IMG/VR virus record: IMGVR_UViG_3300045988_074608
Strand: one strand, 5' to 3'
Source: a virus
Length of the DNA stretch: 64,000 nt
Part shown: positions 47,749-58,907 of the stretch, in pieces
Position numbering within the stretch: the first letter of the stretch is position 1
How the letters are laid out: each line of letters opens with the position of its first letter
Notes under the pieces: model-generated
What the model was told of the DNA's origin: nothing
The model's database searches: none
What the model saw: the letters and a program-made list of their open reading frames with translations, nothing else
Translations under genes and position numbers: made by a program

Positions 47749-50012
47749 TGTCTAGCAAACTCCTAGACACCCATGTTATGCTCATTAGCGGCTTCAGTAA
47801 ATTTACCTCTATTTGCCTTCTTTATATGTATATCTTTTCCAGAGTTGTGATTTTGTGATTGTTGTAATCCCAAATCTCTCCATTTATTAGGAATATGTAT
47901 ATCCGCACCTTTTACAAGATTACCTAATGTACCATATGGTTCTTGTGTCATATGACCATATATAGCCATGATTTGTTCGTTAGTCGCATCCGGGAACATC
48001 TGTCTTATTATAGACGCACCATACGGTCCATGACCATCTCCTGTCCATAGTTTACCTGTATCATGCATTAATGTTGGAAACAATGCTTCATCTGGATAAC
48101 CAAACTTTAATGCTCTTCGATAAGCATCTCTACTATGTAAAAATGTATTCCAGTCGGTTTTATGCCATTTCGTATTTTCTAATCTATGTTGAGGTGTATA
48201 CCCATTAGGTATGTTTTTCAAAGCTTCTCTGTATACTTCTTTCAACTTATCTACATTGATACTTTTATCTTTGTTTATAATATCTGAAATATTAAAATGA
48301 CGTCCTGTATACATTTGATAAGTTGGTTCGTTAAATTGCATACGTGGTTGTTTAGTATACTATTTACCTAAAAGTTGTATTTTCTAATTTAAATCAATAC
48401 GTTTATCTGGTAACACAACACCTTCATAACTATATCTTCCATTTGGAAGTTGTTCAAACCACGAAAGATTATCTGTTGGCATTTCTCCAGTTTTAAATCC
48501 TATTCGCTAACCGGCACGTAATTTGTTAATGGGCTTTGTTATATAAAAACTGCGGTCTATTCCGGTTGGTACTTCTACACCAACTCCACCTTCTAATACA
48601 CCTATGTGTCCTATCCCAGATGTAGACGTTCCTCCATCCCATAACGTACCGTACCCAGCCTATGTTCTATTACCATGAGAAGATCCTTGTTTTCTTTTAA
48701 GTTTAGTTATTTTTTCCTCCTAGTTTAATTTTTTATACCAATAACCATCTTTAGACCAAATTTTGTTTTCCATAGCATTGCGTCTCCATGCATCAGGAGT
48801 TCCGCTGACCAACGAATTTTTAGAATCTTCTGTTGTTATATTCATACCGTACCTTCTTAAAGATTGTATTTCAGGCGTTTCTGACCATCTATACCAGTTA
48901 TACGGAGAATTAAAATATTCTGGCCCAACTGTACCATCCCAAGCTTTTACATTTTTATTTAAGGTGTTAGACAATGCTTTATTGCGCAACCAATTTCCAA
49001 CTTTTGTATAACTAAAATCTTTAACAAAATCATTCACCAATTGTTTACCTGCCTATCCAACACCTTTAAACAAAGGATAACCTGCAGCTGTTTCTACAAT
49101 CATTTCTCCAACAGGATCTACTGGAGAAACTGGTATTATCTTCATTTGCCGATGTTCTTTTCCAGATCTATCTATCCAATTATAAAACTCGGATTCTGGT
49201 GTATTCTAACTGTATAATTGTTTTAACTGATCATCAGAGTATTTTGTCGTATATAACTTGCCCGAATCATCAATAAAATCCCATGTAGATTTATCATTTG
49301 GGAGTCGTTGTATATATGGAGTTACTTTAGTTGTCGCAGCGTTTATATTTGGACCTGCAAAATACTAATCACCATCTTGATAAATCATTTGCTATCCATC
49401 ATCAGTTCCTATATCAAAACAATCCTTACCTCTTTTGTATCTTTTAGGTTTTACGATAACTTGAGGTAACTATCCTTCGTATCTAGTACCATCGTCCATC
49501 CATAGCGGTTTGTTATCAAACGTTCTAAGTTGTACACCATTATCTTCACCATCTATTATATAATTAATACGATCATCCATTGATATAGGTGTTTCTTTAG
49601 GAGAAATATACTTATGATCACTTACCCAATGGCCACCTTTCAACCCTTTCGGATTAAATCTTGGATCTATTTTACCAGAATATATAGAAAGATCACTAAA
49701 TGTAGGATGATATACTGTTTTATAAGTATCATCAAAATGTGCTCTAGGATCGTCATTTAGAAAACGATACGCATTCTCTGGATTAGAATTATACCACCCT
49801 TCATAATCAAAAGTGTTATCTTCGTCAATTTTTAAATTTTTATATTTGGCTGCTTTTGTTTTCCAATCCTAATAAGACATATCCTTACCATCATCAAAAG
49901 ACTATAATATTCGTTTACCCTTTCTGCGTAAACCTCTTATCGTTTTCTTGCGCACATAGTCTTTCTTTTTCTACCATGTTCTCTTAGGCTTCTGTATAGT
50001 CATCATATCCAT
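47670..50012 (-). CDS. Large post-portal protein (up to 780 aa) with a C-terminal HD-domain-like motif
   Basis: I followed the frame codon by codon from the ATG at 50012 through track ORFs 48720..49040 and 47763..48341, finding TAG only. The C-terminal region reads LMHDTGKLWTGDGHGPYG...IYGHM (H...HD...H pattern). The TAG at 47763 may be the real stop; read-through adds 31 codons to TGA at 47670-47672. Confidence 0.55.
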
Positions 50013-50784
50013 AATCTTTTAAAGTTGTCATCTATAAAGGCATCTGTCCATTAACCATAGCATTATATGCCGTCATAATATCTGGCAAATTAGATTTATA
50101 CTGTGTAACTTCACTCTCTTCTGGTTGAGGTGTTACGTATGCATGAGGTATTTTATCTGGGACAATCTGAGGTTTTTGAACATTTGTATTATCTGCAGGA
50201 ATAGTTTGTTTCTAAGACTGTTCTACTTGTGGACCAAAATCAGATAATTTCATAAGAGGATCTTTATAGAACATCTATTGATTCTTTATCTCATCATTGA
50301 TCCACTTATCAGCCTGTTTCATCTAACCTAACATACTTATATAATGATCTGGAGAATCACTATAATATCCATGTTTACCTAATGTACGAGCATAGTTTGA
50401 AGTATTAGCTATACCTAATGCACCCATCTTGTTTATAAGATTTACATATGCTTTATAGAAAGCCTCATCATCTGCAAATGTAGTATATGTTTTACCATTA
50501 TAACCATAACCACCATAATTATGTTGTTTTAAAGCTATATTAGATCTTCCATAGTTAGACTCATATGCTAACTAACGAACCATATTATCCAATGCAGCTA
50601 ATGGTAAATTATGTGCTTTCAAATACCTATATAAACCTCTACGATGCGTTTTTACAAACTCTTGATACGGATTCTTACCTCTTTTAAAATCTGGAAGTGG
50701 ATTCCCGATCATATCCCAATAAGACTCGCCAGTTTGTTTTTGTCTGGCGAGTAATTCTGATGGTTTATTATAATTATGTATCAT
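49984..50784 (-). CDS. Peptidoglycan hydrolase-like protein (glucosaminidase/FlgJ-like domain), 266 aa
   Basis: The ATG at 50784 lies 2 nt after the portal TAA. The translation ...LAYESNYGRSNIALKQHNYGGYGYNGKTYTTFADDEAFYKAYVNLI... resembles the mannosyl-glycoprotein endo-beta-N-acetylglucosaminidase fold motif (E-S-x-x-G...N-N-x-F-G). There are four TAG codons. The stop is TAA at 49984-49986. Confidence 0.5.
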
Positions 50785-50786
50785 AA

Positions 50787-53267
50787 TTATTTTTCTCCTG
50801 TTACTTTATTCTTTAATGCCGTTCTTGCTTTCAATTGCTCACGCTCCATTGCAGCATCATCTTTCTATTTTTGTAACTTTGATTCATGCTACATTTGCTC
50901 TTTAGCAAGTTTTATTTTCTGATCCTCTATATCACGTTTCTGTTTAATCTCGTAATCTTTTGTATATTGATCAGCACGAATCTTCATCTCGGCTGTCGCA
51001 TTTTTTGCGATTTCCATAGGATCTGGAATATTATTCATATTAGCATCCTTATTTTCTGTACCACGGTATGCACTAATTTCAGCTACTGCAATTTTAGTAG
51101 CATTATCTTGATCAATCTGATAACGTGTAAGATCCATCTGAGCTTCTTGAAGCATGAGTTCTTGCTCTTTAGCTTGATTCTGCATTTCTTGAATCTTCTG
51201 TTCTTGTTCTGCTTGAGCTTGTTGCTGCTGCTGTGCTTGTTGTTCTTGACGAGTCTGCATATCTTTGAGCTTCTATTTAATGATATTAAAGTTATCATTT
51301 GTAAGAATCTCTGCTGCTTCTAACAACGATGCACCATTTTGCATAGCTGGTTGTATAAGTTGTTGTAATTTCTATATGTTTTCAAGATCTTTAGATGTAT
51401 CTGATACAAACACATCCATATCTTCATAATAGAATTTCTGTGTCACATTCAAAAAGGCACGTTCTCCATTATCAAATATATATTGTAACTTATCTTTACC
51501 TGTAGCTTGCCATGCACCTTTTGCTGTATTTAACAACATATTCAATACATGTCTTTTAACCTAAGCATGTACCCAGAATAAAGGTTCTGTAATATGTGAA
51601 GATTGTGTAACACTGCGTTCTACATTACCTACAAGTTCTGATGTACTTATTGCACCCTAACGCTGTTCTGTAATACCTGATATAGTTCCGGCAAGTTGTT
51701 CTATCTTATCCATAAGCTGTATATATTCAGCTATTACATTTGACATTGTAAGATCAAGAGCTGTTATCTGATTAAACTGCGCAGGTTTACCACCTTCACG
51801 ACCTGGGACATTCCATTGTGTATCATATGGGTTTATAAAATTAACACCAACACTTGACAAATAATGCATCCATTTATCAACTGTAATACCCATAGATTTA
51901 GGTATCTGTGTAACGTCCATATTTACAACCTTACCTTTATCTCTAGCTATTGCAAGTTCTAGTCTATACCATAATACAATATACATATATTGCAAAGGTT
52001 TAAGAATACTTACAAGAGATCTCGGTCTACTATTTGTATTACTATATACAGCACCACAATAAGGTAGTTTCTAACTATTAGGATTATCAATACTTACATG
52101 TTGGTACTCAATAGGTTGTATACCAAAATATAAATCATTACTGCATCTATAACCCTCCCAAACTTCGATAACCCAATCTGGTTCTATAGATATTTCATTT
52201 CCTGTAGGTTGATATGTTTCATCAACAATGTCTACCTACATCTAACCCTATTCGTCTTGTGTTGTCACATAGTTTATTTTCTTAAAAGATTTCCAACAAC
52301 AGTGCCATACGTTTACATTATGATTACCTTTTTCATCATATATAGGATTATCATAAAAATGTAACTAAATACCTCTGAAATCATCACGAATACCGTGTTC
52401 TCCTAGATTATTTGCAGGTACAGCGTTTATTAACTCTTCAAGCTTAATAAGATCTTTTTCTGTAAACTTATCATAATATCTATCATAAACCTCTGTAATA
52501 GGTAAACGCATTCTTCTACAACACCATGCTCCATCTTCTATAAATTCCAAATCAGGACTTTTATCATAAGAAAAATACATAGGGTTCACTCTTTCCATAT
52601 AAGGCTCTGAATTTAAAACACCAACATAATATACTTCCTAGCCGCTAATGAGTGCATCTTTCCAGCCTTTGATAAACTCGTTATCGATGCCTAATTTTTC
52701 ACGCAAATATGTAAGTGTATGATATGCAGTGTTTTCTACAACATCCTTATAATCTTTGTCCATGTATTTAGCAATCTATTCTGGAGGCATTATCTCTCCA
52801 TTTTGAAGCTGCTCCTAAAACTATTGCTATTCTTCAGGACCCATTTGTGCCATTACTGCAGCTTGCATGTATTGCATTAATAGCTATTTCTAAGTTTCCA
52901 TTAATTCGGAAGTAGCTTCTTGTGATGTACGAACTACTCTAAAATTCAATGGTCTCTTAGTTTCCTCTCCGATTAGAAGATCTATTTTTGGTCTAATGAT
53001 ATTAAAATCCTAAGGTGTTGCAGGAAAACCTTCTTCTACCTTAAACGGATTAGTTATTTTCTTAAAATCTTTTTCATCGAAGATACTGTTATACAGATTA
53101 TAATAAGTCTGTATCTCTCCATGTGCAGTATGCGTCTATCCCCCTGAAACGATATTGCCTTCGCCAATAATATAATTTACGCAATCATGCTGCCATTTCT
53201 CATTTTTCTTCGATAGCGGTAATTTCTGCTAAGGGAATCTCGAATTATATAAATTATCTTCTACCAT
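50787..53267 (-). CDS. Portal protein (826 aa), Gln/Glu-rich C-terminal tail
   Basis: The ATG at 53267 lies 3 nt after the TerL TAA. Track ORFs 52365..52598, 51657..51995 and 50889..51260 share the frame, and the gaps I checked contain TAG only. The stop is TAA at 50787-50789. The position after TerL and the size fit a crAss-like portal. Confidence 0.7.
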
Positions 53268-53270
53268 TTG

Positions 53271-56200
53271 TTAAAAATTAAATATTGACGAATCTTCTTC
53301 CTAAGGACCGTCGTCCCACCATTGACTACTAAACAATGGTTTTTCAAAGAGTTCGACTTGTTTATTCTGTTCTTTAGCACTAGATACTTTTACTTGATAT
53401 AATTCTTCTCTATAAATCATAACCATGCATAGTGCTATAACACGGTCTACATTACGAACCTAATCATCCATTATTAATTCTTCTATTAAAGGTTCGCTAA
53501 ATATTCTTTCTATATTTGGATGTCCTGGTTCATATTCTTCCATCATCCATTCTAGTATTAAACCTTCGCCATATGCTCTTATTTGTTTTGTCATATGACA
53601 ACCTTTTCTACGCTATACTGTAGAGTTTTTAAACAATTCACTAATTACTTTATCAGGCTAATCAGCTAATAAGTAATCGCAATGTTTATTTGTAAAATAT
53701 GGGTATATACCTTTACGTTCGTTCTCAAATAATAACCTAGCGTTATAAAATAATAACAACTTACGAACGTTTTCATAATACTCTTCTGCTGTATCTGGTC
53801 TACCAGAATATTCGGCTACTATTACATCTGTCCAAGCTTCTCCTGCTTGTACACGTTTAAATATAAATGTAGACCCTAATGAATTTGTAAAAGATTCATC
53901 ATGGTCATAAGGGTCACATCCTCCTATATATAATCCAAACGGAGGATCCTTTACTGGGTACTCCCATATAACAACTGATCCTGCAGGTTTCTAATCTTTC
54001 TTTAGTGGATAATTAGTAATATCTCCAGTTTTCTTTTCTATTGCTATAACTCCACCGTCACCATCCCATTGCAAATCAACTATGTGTTTCATACTCTATA
54101 ATTTTTTATTAGTACGAATTCTTGTAAGTTGATCCATTAATAGTTTGCGCGGAAATATGTTTTTACCAAGCTCTAATATAGCTTCTTGTGGTTTTATCGG
54201 ACGTTCTGATATAAATCTATCTATGGATTGCTAACTAGCACCACCATCTTTAATAATGTTACGTTGTTTTATAAGTTCCTCAATTGTTTTTTCACGAAGA
54301 CTGTTTCCATCTTCATCCATATAGATATATTTACCATCATCGTCAAACGATTCAAGATTACTCCATGCAGGTACGAAAAAACCACATTCTGTTTGTTCTG
54401 CATTATCATCCCATATATTTGGAAATGATAGAACATTATAAGCTTTTGGTTTATAAAATAATGCTTTCAAACCATCGAACGACGCACCTTCTGTTCCGCC
54501 TGTGTTATGTGTAACAATACCGTTGCATATATAGTTATGTTGTTCGTCTGCTGTAAGATTATATATATCTTGTTCACCAATATCTTCAATATTTACAATT
54601 TTTTCAGCATGTACCCCAAGTACGTATTTATGATATTGAGCAACATGTTCTTGTGTGTATAACATCATCAAATCTAATGCTGATTGTTTATATGTAACAG
54701 CACACGATATACATTTTGCGAAATTTCCAATACTTGTTATATCATTAATTGTCAATCTCCAGTGTCCTGGTCCATCTTTTATAACTTTACCATTAGAAAC
54801 GTGCTTTCGATATTTAGTTTTAATAAAGCGTATGCTACAATGAACACCGAAATGTATCAACACTTCCTCAATCTATCGTAATAATGGTTCCTAACACTAT
54901 GTTAATGTTATACGAGGTTTTCCGGATTTATCAATTTGTATATATCCGTCGGTGTCAAACAAACCACCTATTAATTCCGCTAAAGATTCTTGATCATATT
55001 GATGTATATTTACTGGTAATCGTTTCTTATCTTTTACCTGACCATAAATACCGAGTTCTCGTAATTTTGGACAAATTCCTTTTATGCGAGTTTCTTTATA
55101 AATTTTACCATCTTTAGTAATACGAACTGGTCTATCTAACGAAGTATTAAAATGTGTTTCTATGTATTCATTTATTTCGTTATCACAATTTGACAACCTT
55201 GGCGTTTTATCAAAACCATAACTACCATCGCCAATTAACCAACCAACAACTCTAGGTTCCCACATTTTTTTAGTTCCAAAGAACGGAATGTTGTCGATAA
55301 CGCCGACCTATTCACCAATTTTACATTTCGAAGCTTCATGCCACTTCCATTGTTTCATTGTTTGATTTTCTTTACGTTTTCCAGGAACTCTTTTTGTCAA
55401 ACCGGCATGTGACCATAAAATCGGGTGGTCCGTACTACATTCTAATATTCTTCCAGTGTTTGTGGTTATTCTAACACATGGTTTTTTAGCCGGTGGATTG
55501 AAATGTGATATATGTTGCTAAACAGCCTAATAAGTATCCCAACCTAAAATACCATCCTCTTTATGTAAATCTTCAATATTAACACAATTTCCAGAAGAAG
55601 TCCATACTTTTGTACCTTTACATACACATCCAAAGGATATCATCAATCCAAATGCAACACCATCATCCGTTTCTACAGCAGGTTGTTCAACACGCCAAGC
55701 ATCTAATAAACTTGGGAATTTACCACTTTCTTCCCACAATACTAATCTACCACGAGTACCACGAATACGTTCAGGATCGTTTTTCAATGTAATACCTGTA
55801 ATACTTGATAGATAACCCTATTCTGTCTATTTACCAAATTCGTCAGTAACTTTGTAACCAGATACTCGTTCCATTCTTGTAGATGTCAAACGTTGTTTTG
55901 CCCATGCTGTATTCTTATCTATAAAATCCATGATCTGCCATGCTTTTGTAAGCAATCCATCTCCGATTAAGAATTTTTGTTCTGATGCAACTGCAAAATT
56001 TTTAGAACCTGGTATGAGTTCGTAATTACGAACTAACATTGAAGCACCTTTAAAGCTATATCCACGTTGTCTACATTTTAACACTGCCATGTGTTTACCG
56101 ACTGTTTCTGCTTCTTCTACAGCATTAAAATAATAATAATCATAATCCCAAAATTTAGGGAAGTCAAATATACGCTCTCTTCTTTTTCTTGTATCACCAT

Positions 56201-56453
56201 TTCTATCAACATATTCTGTTTCTATTAATCGCATAATTGGACAATAGTTTAAATAAAAATAATGATAACCTGTAATCTAATCTCCATCTGGAGCAGTATA
56301 CCCATTTAAACATCTATCTGTTTCTCGCTCCCAATATTTAACATAATCTGTAGTACCTCTGGGAGCTAAGGTATAACATTTATGCACTTTAAAGAATTCT
56401 GCAGCTTCACAGAATTTTTTTGTGTTTTTTATATGCTAATTAAAATCAACCAT
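53271..56453 (-). CDS. terL: Terminase large subunit precursor (1,060 aa; about 685 aa after intein removal)
   Basis: The ATG at 56453 overlaps the upstream TAA (TAATG). Track ORFs 55827..56234, 55527..55787, 54897..55265 and 54231..54863 share the frame. I translated from 54231 to 53271 by hand and found TAG only, ending at TAA 53271-53273. The nuclease motif is GLYIGGCDPYDHDES. Confidence 0.85.
54504..55628 (-). mobile_element. Intein (375 aa) with a LAGLIDADG homing endonuclease domain, inserted in TerL
   Basis: The N-terminal splice junction is ISFG/CVCKGTKVWTSSG, a Cys-1 block A-like sequence. The C-terminal junction is NGIVTHN/TGGTEG, an HN followed by Thr+1. The two LAGLIDADG motifs are VVGWLIGDGSYG and ELIGGLFDTDGYI. 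Its length is divisible by 3. It contains six in-frame TAG codons (55527, 55518, 55308, 54897, 54891, 54873). Confidence 0.85.
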
Positions 56454-56650
56454 TACAAATCCAATTTATTTTCGTTGGAAATTATTATTCTGTCTCCGTC
56501 ATCATTTGTAAACAAATAATGATACATTTCGTCATGCAATACAACATTTTCTTCTCCCACTTTTGTTATATTTCCAACTGTTTTCCAATCTGCAGAAAGT
56601 GACAATTCTTTATATTTATTGTCATTTTTTCCTTTTATACTTACATTCAT
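56453..56650 (-). CDS. Small protein upstream of TerL (65 aa)
   Basis: Intact track ORF whose TAA overlaps the TerL ATG. Confidence 0.5.
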   Translation of the reverse strand: MNVSIKGKNDNKYKELSLSADWKTVGNITKVGEENVVLHDEMYHYLFTNDDGDRIIISNENKLDL

Positions 56651-56652
56651 AA

Positions 56653-57171
56653 TTATTTAGGACTTTCATAAAGACCTATAATACCACCACCTTTTACACG
56701 ACCAGTTTCAGCTTGTTCAGCCTTCGCTTGTTTCATAGCGAGATCTAAGGATTTAATAATACCGCTTATGTCTTTCAACAGTTTCGATACTTTAGTAGCA
56801 GTGTCTATATCAAGGTCTTCTTGTGAATAATCGTTCATTACATTCATTATCGCCTCAGCAGCATGTTTTGAAGACGTTAACAATCGTGTCATAGGTGTTT
56901 CTTGAAACTCGTTGAAACGTTTAGCTAATTCTTTAATTTCAGCTGTTGGTTCATAATGTTCATCTTTAAAAACATCTTTTGCAACTCTCCAAGTTCTTTC
57001 TTTTTCTGGATAAGCCTCATAAGGTGTATTCCATTTATAACGCCATATTATAAATTCTATTTCTTTTAAAGCCTATGCTTTATCTTTAGCCTTATTATAA
57101 TAATCTTTAAATGGAGGTATTGCAAGTTCGTCTGTTTTTAATATAATTTTATTTCCTTGTATATCAAACAT
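56653..57171 (-). CDS. Hypothetical protein (172 aa); first gene downstream of the tRNA that contains an in-frame TAG
   Basis: The ATG at 57171 is in frame with track ORF 56653..56892. There is a single TAG at 57073-57075. The stop is TAA at 56653-56655. Confidence 0.55.
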
Positions 57172-57246
57172 ATTTGTATATATGTATAAACACGATAAGG
57201 GGGTACCCAAGTGGATACTCCCTTATCAATGCAGTTGTATAATTAA

Positions 57247-57780
57247 TTACGCATCCGCCTCAGCTACAGACGACTCTGTAACCGCCGCTTGAGTCTTTAC
57301 TTCGTCGTCACGAGTAGGTTGCTCTGCGCTAATATTGTCATTTTTTGTACCTGTGGAACCATAACCTTTATCACCACGCTCTGTTTCACTTAATTCAGAT
57401 GCTTCTACTACTGTAATATCCGGAATTGGGACAATTACCAATTGGCAAAATCTCTCACCTTCTTGATACACTGCAGGGATAACATCAGTTGTATTTCTGA
57501 ATATAGCCTTGATTTCTCCACGATAATTGCTGTCAATAACACCTACACAATTCGATTGTATCAAAGATGTTTTAAACACACTACTACGTGGAAACAAAAG
57601 ACCTACATGTCCTTCTGGAATCTCTACAGCAAGTCCTGTATGATACTCCAAAAGAAGTTGATTACAACTATTACGTACAGGTATGATTTCTGTACATGTT
57701 AAATCTAAACCGGCGTCGCCTTTGTAATTTTTGATTGGCATAATAGCCTTATCGTTCAATCTTTTAAATTTCAGTTCCAT
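57247..57780 (-). CDS. dut: dUTP diphosphatase (trimeric dUTPase) with a C-terminal acidic extension
   Basis: All five dUTPase motifs are present: GDAGLDL, PRSS, GVIDSNYRGE, RFCQLVI and RGDKGYGSTG. I prefer the ATG at 57780 (MELKFKRL) over the track start at 57846. Confidence 0.9.
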   Translation of the reverse strand: MELKFKRLNDKAIMPIKNYKGDAGLDLTCTEIIPVRNSCNQLLLEYHTGLAVEIPEGHVGLLFPRSSVFKTSLIQSNCVGVIDSNYRGEIKAIFRNTTDVIPAVYQEGERFCQLVIVPIPDITVVEASELSETERGDKGYGSTGTKNDNISAEQPTRDDEVKTQAAVTESSVAEADA

Positions 57781-57920
57781 ATATGCTTTTTTTATTATTT
57801 TTAATAGCGCAGTATTTACGAATCGAACGTAAATCTCTGTATTCATTCCATACAGCGAAATTCCATTATTCCAATACCGCTGGTAGCCCCACTAGGATTC
57901 GAACCCAGACTAAAAGGGTT

Positions 57921-58907
57921 CAGTAAACTCGACTGTTGCATCCAATCCTAAGATCAGTCTTCTCGTTCAGTCTGTCACGCTGCTTTCGCTTGCGCCTCGT
58001 CAACATTGTCTTCCGAGTCAATTAGAGAAGATTCTAATAACGGATTATTTATTATCCCGCTATCATCCAATATTTTCCAATGACTGTTCAACCAAAAATT
58101 ATCTTTGTTGTACATGATAGTTCTAGTACATGTTTTCACACGTTTTGTTTTAACTTCATTATTCTCTATTAAAGCTTTTGCAGCTTCTACAAGAGAACCA
58201 TATCTTGCTAACTCATTCCAATTTTCATCATACCTTATTATATATTTTTGATTGGAATGTTTTTGACCAGATTCGTTAACTATTTTTGTAACAACACATC
58301 TACGTATTCCAAGAATTGATGATACTTTTTTAACATTTTTAACTTCGTTATATTTTTTTTCAACTATGTTTCTTATTTCTTCCGAAATATCATATTTAGA
58401 ATTATTAAGTTGTTGATTTCTACTACCATATGTAGAAGTCTGACTATGACAATTAGGACATAGAAATCTAAGATTCTCTAATCTATTGTCATTATTTATT
58501 CCGTTTATATGATCAAGTTCTAAACTTAACGTTTTCCCTTGCCATTCGGTACATCCACATATTGCACATTTATATGGTATTAAGTTGTTTTTAATTATGT
58601 ATCTTCTCAATACTGTACGTTGATGTTTACAATTTTCTTTTAGTATATCTTCTTTCTTTACATTGTTTAGCTTGGTAGTTTTTATAATAGCAGATCTCCC
58701 TTTGAATATAGAATGGTCTAAATTCAGATCATCCATTCTTCTTTTTACTTGAGAATATCCCCAAGAGTTTCCTTTAACTGTATAACCAAGTTTAAACAAC
58801 ACTTCAGATATTGTTGAACTTTTCTTGAGTAACTCAACAAACTGTTCGTCTGAGAGTTTATATATTTTATTTTCCATTATTATATATTCAATTATTCATT
58901 GGACAAA
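57921..58907 (-). mobile_element. Intron in the tRNA anticodon loop (between nt 35 and 36), probably group I, carrying an HNH homing endonuclease ORF
   Basis: The 5' exon ends in U and the intron ends in G, and this is the only junction that gives a 7-nt loop. There are only 30 nt upstream and 54 nt downstream of the ORF. The GC-rich 3' end contains weak P/Q/R/S-like strings (AGCGGGAT, AATCCGTT, GACAGACTGAACG, ACAGTCGAG) and a GC-GAAA-GC tetraloop hairpin. I could not find a convincing P1/IGS pairing by hand. Confidence 0.5.
57975..58877 (-). CDS. HNH homing endonuclease (300 aa), no TAG
   Basis: Intact track ORF. The HNH motif is CAICGCTEWQGKTLSLELDHINGINNDNRLENLRFLCPNCH. A helix-turn-helix-like segment (VKKVSSILGIRRCVVTKIV) follows. 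It lies entirely inside the tRNA intron. Confidence 0.85.
   Translation of the reverse strand: MENKIYKLSDEQFVELLKKSSTISEVLFKLGYTVKGNSWGYSQVKRRMDDLNLDHSIFKGRSAIIKTTKLNNVKKEDILKENCKHQRTVLRRYIIKNNLIPYKCAICGCTEWQGKTLSLELDHINGINNDNRLENLRFLCPNCHSQTSTYGSRNQQLNNSKYDISEEIRNIVEKKYNEVKNVKKVSSILGIRRCVVTKIVNESGQKHSNQKYIIRYDENWNELARYGSLVEAAKALIENNEVKTKRVKTCTRTIMYNKDNFWLNSHWKILDDSGIINNPLLESSLIDSEDNVDEAQAKAA

Noticed and set aside
49984-50012. Programmed frameshift fusing the glucosaminidase-like gene to the following large gene across their 29-nt overlap.
   Set aside because: I saw no slippery heptamer or downstream structure. An ordinary ATG start (50012, 50006 or 50003) explains the second gene.
1-57171. 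Treating the track fragments as many small genes, or as pseudogenes riddled with nonsense mutations.
   Set aside because: The interruptions are exclusively TAG. TAA and TGA occur only at sensible gene ends. The fragments stay in frame over up to 17.8 kb, and conserved domains run across the TAG codons.
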